A program made the position numbers and the translations under genes. Shown here piece by piece: positions 23,675 through 25,626 of a stretch of DNA of 25,626 bases. Within the stretch, counting starts at the first letter, position 1, and every line of letters starts with the position of its first letter. The notes beneath the pieces are model-generated. The model had not been told where the DNA came from, did no database searches, and saw nothing but the letters and a program-made list of their open reading frames with translations. This stretch comes from a virus (taxonomy: Duplodnaviria; Caudoviricetes): positions 1-25,626 of the IMG/VR virus record IMGVR_UViG_3300011403_000032; one strand, 5' to 3'.

Positions 23675-25626
23675 CTAAAACGCGTCGGCGGAACCGGCCG
23701 GAGGAGCGCTCGCCGACGCCAACCGGGACCGGCCGAGGTCCGTGATCCGAAAGGCGTGCGTCTTCCACGTGCCGTCGTCGTTCCGCTCGCCGACGTCGAC
23801 GGCGGCCCCTTCGCGGACCAGGTCCTCGAGGACGGGCTTCACGTGCGTCGCGCCGATCCCGGCGTTCTTCTTTACCGTGTCCTGCGCGACCGGTCCCGCC
23901 TGCGCGGCGAGGTACCGGAGGATCTTCGTGCGGCGGTCCTCGGTCTTCGCGACGGCCTTCTCCTTCTTCAGGTCGCGGTTCCCGATCTTCACCAGCTCGC
24001 CGCCGACGAGCGCGCCGTCCGCGTCCGGGGTCGCCCCGACGAGCTGGTAGGTCGTCTTCCCGACGGGCCAACGGGCCTTCATCACCCGCAGCTCGCGCGT
24101 GACGTCGTCGCCCTCGAACGTGGCGAGCGTCAGGACGACGTCGACGCCGTGCCCGATCGCCGTCGAGTCGCGGTAGTCGCCCGTGCCCTTACTGGCCTGG
24201 GCCGCGAGGAGGATCCCGGGCTGCGCGGGGCTACGCGCGATCGCGTCGAGGGTCGTCATCACGGTCTGCCAGTCGTCCGCCTGCGACGCGTGCTCGACGA
24301 GCGGGCCGGCGAACGCGTGCAGGGTGTCGATGATCACGAGCCGCGGGCGGAGTCGCGCGACCTCCGCCGTCAGGACGGCGAGCGCCTCGGACGGGCGGTT
24401 CAGGACGTGGAGGCGCCCGAGCCCGGCCTTCGCGGCGTCGAACCGGATCGCGCGGAGGATCAGGTCCGTCTCGTGCTCCTCGACGAGGACCCACAGGACG
24501 CCGCCGGCCGGGGTCGCGCCCTGGCCGAGGAACGGGCGGCCCTGGGTCACGGCGGCGGCAGCCTCGGCGAATAGCGTCGACTTTCCGATGCCCTCGCGTG
24601 CCGCGACGAGCGTCACGCGGCCGGCCCACGCGAGCCCGGGGACGACGACCGGCGGGGGCGCGGGCAGGCCGTCCCTGATCCGGTCCGCGATGCTGATGGC
24701 CTGCAGGTCGCCCTGCGCGGCGCCGCCGACCGGTCCCGCGCGCTGCGAGGCCCGCGCGTTCGCGATCGAGTAAGTCAACCATGACCCACCGGGCCGGCGC
24801 TCGTTCCACTTCTTCCGCTTCAGGGCCGACGCCAGCATCAACCGCTCGACCTGGGCGTCGTCCGGCGTCAGCTCGCAGAGGGCCGCGATGAGCGCGTGAT
24901 CGTCCTCGGAGTCCTGGCCGCGTCCGCGCCGCTCGTCGCCGTCGTAGTAGAGCGCCGCGAGCCGCGGGCCGTGCCGCCCGCGCCCGAGCGCCGCGAGGAT
25001 CGCCTTATCGTCCGCGCCGGCGGGGGCCGAAGATATATGGGCACCAGGCGTTTCGACCGTAGCCGGCGCTGCGGGTGAAGGTATATCGGCTTTCTGCGGG
25101 GCGGGATCGGGCGCCGGCGCGGCGAGCGTGATGCCGACGTCCTGGCAGAGCGCCTCGACCTCGGCGGTGCGGTCGACGTTCGACACGTCGCTCAACGATC
25201 CGTCGCCGTACAGCGAGCCGGTGAGCGCGAGGTAGTGGCGGCCGGCGTAGACCTCGACGTCGCCCCTCTTCCCGCCGTCGCGATCGGTCCCGAAGGACGG
25301 GCGCGCCCGCACGATGATGTGGAGCCCGGTCCCCGACTGCGAGAGCTCCACGTAGGCGCCGGGGAACTTCTCCAGGATCGCCGCCGCCCAATCGAGCGCG
25401 GCCCCCGAGTCGTCGACCGCGTGGTCGAGGTCGATCAGCACGTAGGGGACGGACCGCCACGCGTACCAGCCGAGGCCGTCGAACCCGCCCGCCTCATACT
25501 TCTTTCGCGCGTCGTCGAACGTCAGGAACGACGCCAGGTCGTTGGCGCGGGCCGGCGATCCGTCGCGGCCGTAGGGCATCTTTCGGGGCTTCGGGCGTTC
25601 CGCGTCGGGCTCGTTGCGCCAGACGA
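23675..25626 (-). CDS. NrS-1-like primase-polymerase fused to an AAA_25/RepA-type helicase and a C-terminal winged helix (5' end outside the window)
   Basis: Frame is open beyond 25579 (VWRNEPDAERPKPRKMPY). Motifs: IDLDH, YVELSQSGTGLHII, VEVYAGRHYLALTG; helical bundle DSEDDHAL...KW.ER; Walker A AREGIGKST; Walker B LVIIDTL; terminal ILRYL...NAGIG...VLEDLVREG. Confidence 0.9.
   Translation of the reverse strand, partial: VWRNEPDAERPKPRKMPYGRDGSPARANDLASFLTFDDARKKYEAGGFDGLGWYAWRSVPYVLIDLDHAVDDSGAALDWAAAILEKFPGAYVELSQSGTGLHIIVRARPSFGTDRDGGKRGDVEVYAGRHYLALTGSLYGDGSLSDVSNVDRTAEVEALCQDVGITLAAPAPDPAPQKADIPSPAAPATVETPGAHISSAPAGADDKAILAALGRGRHGPRLAALYYDGDERRGRGQDSEDDHALIAALCELTPDDAQVERLMLASALKRKKWNERRPGGSWLTYSIANARASQRAGPVGGAAQGDLQAISIADRIRDGLPAPPPVVVPGLAWAGRVTLVAAREGIGKSTLFAEAAAAVTQGRPFLGQGATPAGGVLWVLVEEHETDLILRAIRFDAAKAGLGRLHVLNRPSEALAVLTAEVARLRPRLVIIDTLHAFAGPLVEHASQADDWQTVMTTLDAIARSPAQPGILLAAQASKGTGDYRDSTAIGHGVDVVLTLATFEGDDVTRELRVMKARWPVGKTTYQLVGATPDADGALVGGELVKIGNRDLKKEKAVAKTEDRRTKILRYLAAQAGPVAQDTVKKNAGIGATHVKPVLEDLVREGAAVDVGERNDDGTWKTHAFRITDLGRSRLASASAPPAGSADAF

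Larger units (their letters stand above)
1..25626 (-). mobile_element. Tailed dsDNA bacteriophage (siphovirus-like) genome segment: replication, packaging, head and tail modules
   Basis: Co-oriented, tightly coupled minus-strand genes in near-canonical order terminase-portal-head-connector-tube-chaperone-tape measure-tail tip. No host housekeeping genes and no sheath. Confidence 0.97.

Noticed and set aside
1-25626. Gene transfer agent, tailocin or alternative genetic code
   Set aside because: The element has its own replication protein plus full head and tail modules with no sheath, and genes read through cleanly in the standard code with TAA, TAG and TGA stops.

Overview
A very GC-rich (about 70% by eye) segment of a tailed dsDNA phage with siphovirus-type organisation, encoded almost entirely on the minus strand. 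In transcription order (right to left) it carries: a 5'-truncated NrS-1-like primase-polymerase/AAA helicase; a ~550 bp control region with a candidate iteron/palindrome origin, a 28-bp XerC/XerD dif-like site and a candidate promoter; a TerS-like gene; a GT9-like glycosyltransferase translationally coupled between TerS and TerL; TerL; several small ORFs mostly missed by the ORF track (two Cys-rich, one membrane peptide, and one opposite-strand mini-gene with its own RBS and terminator); portal; an unusual block of six genes, several fibre- or baseplate-like, inside the head module; MuF-like minor head protein; scaffold; P22-coat-like major capsid; head-tail connectors; tail tube; a tail chaperone pair (probable -1 frameshift); tape measure; two tandem paralogous distal-tail-like proteins; and a 3'-truncated tail-tip protein with a pentraxin/LamG-like domain. 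No integrase, lysis gene, tail sheath, RNA gene or CRISPR array is visible. All family assignments come from motif recognition by eye and gene order, not from database searches.
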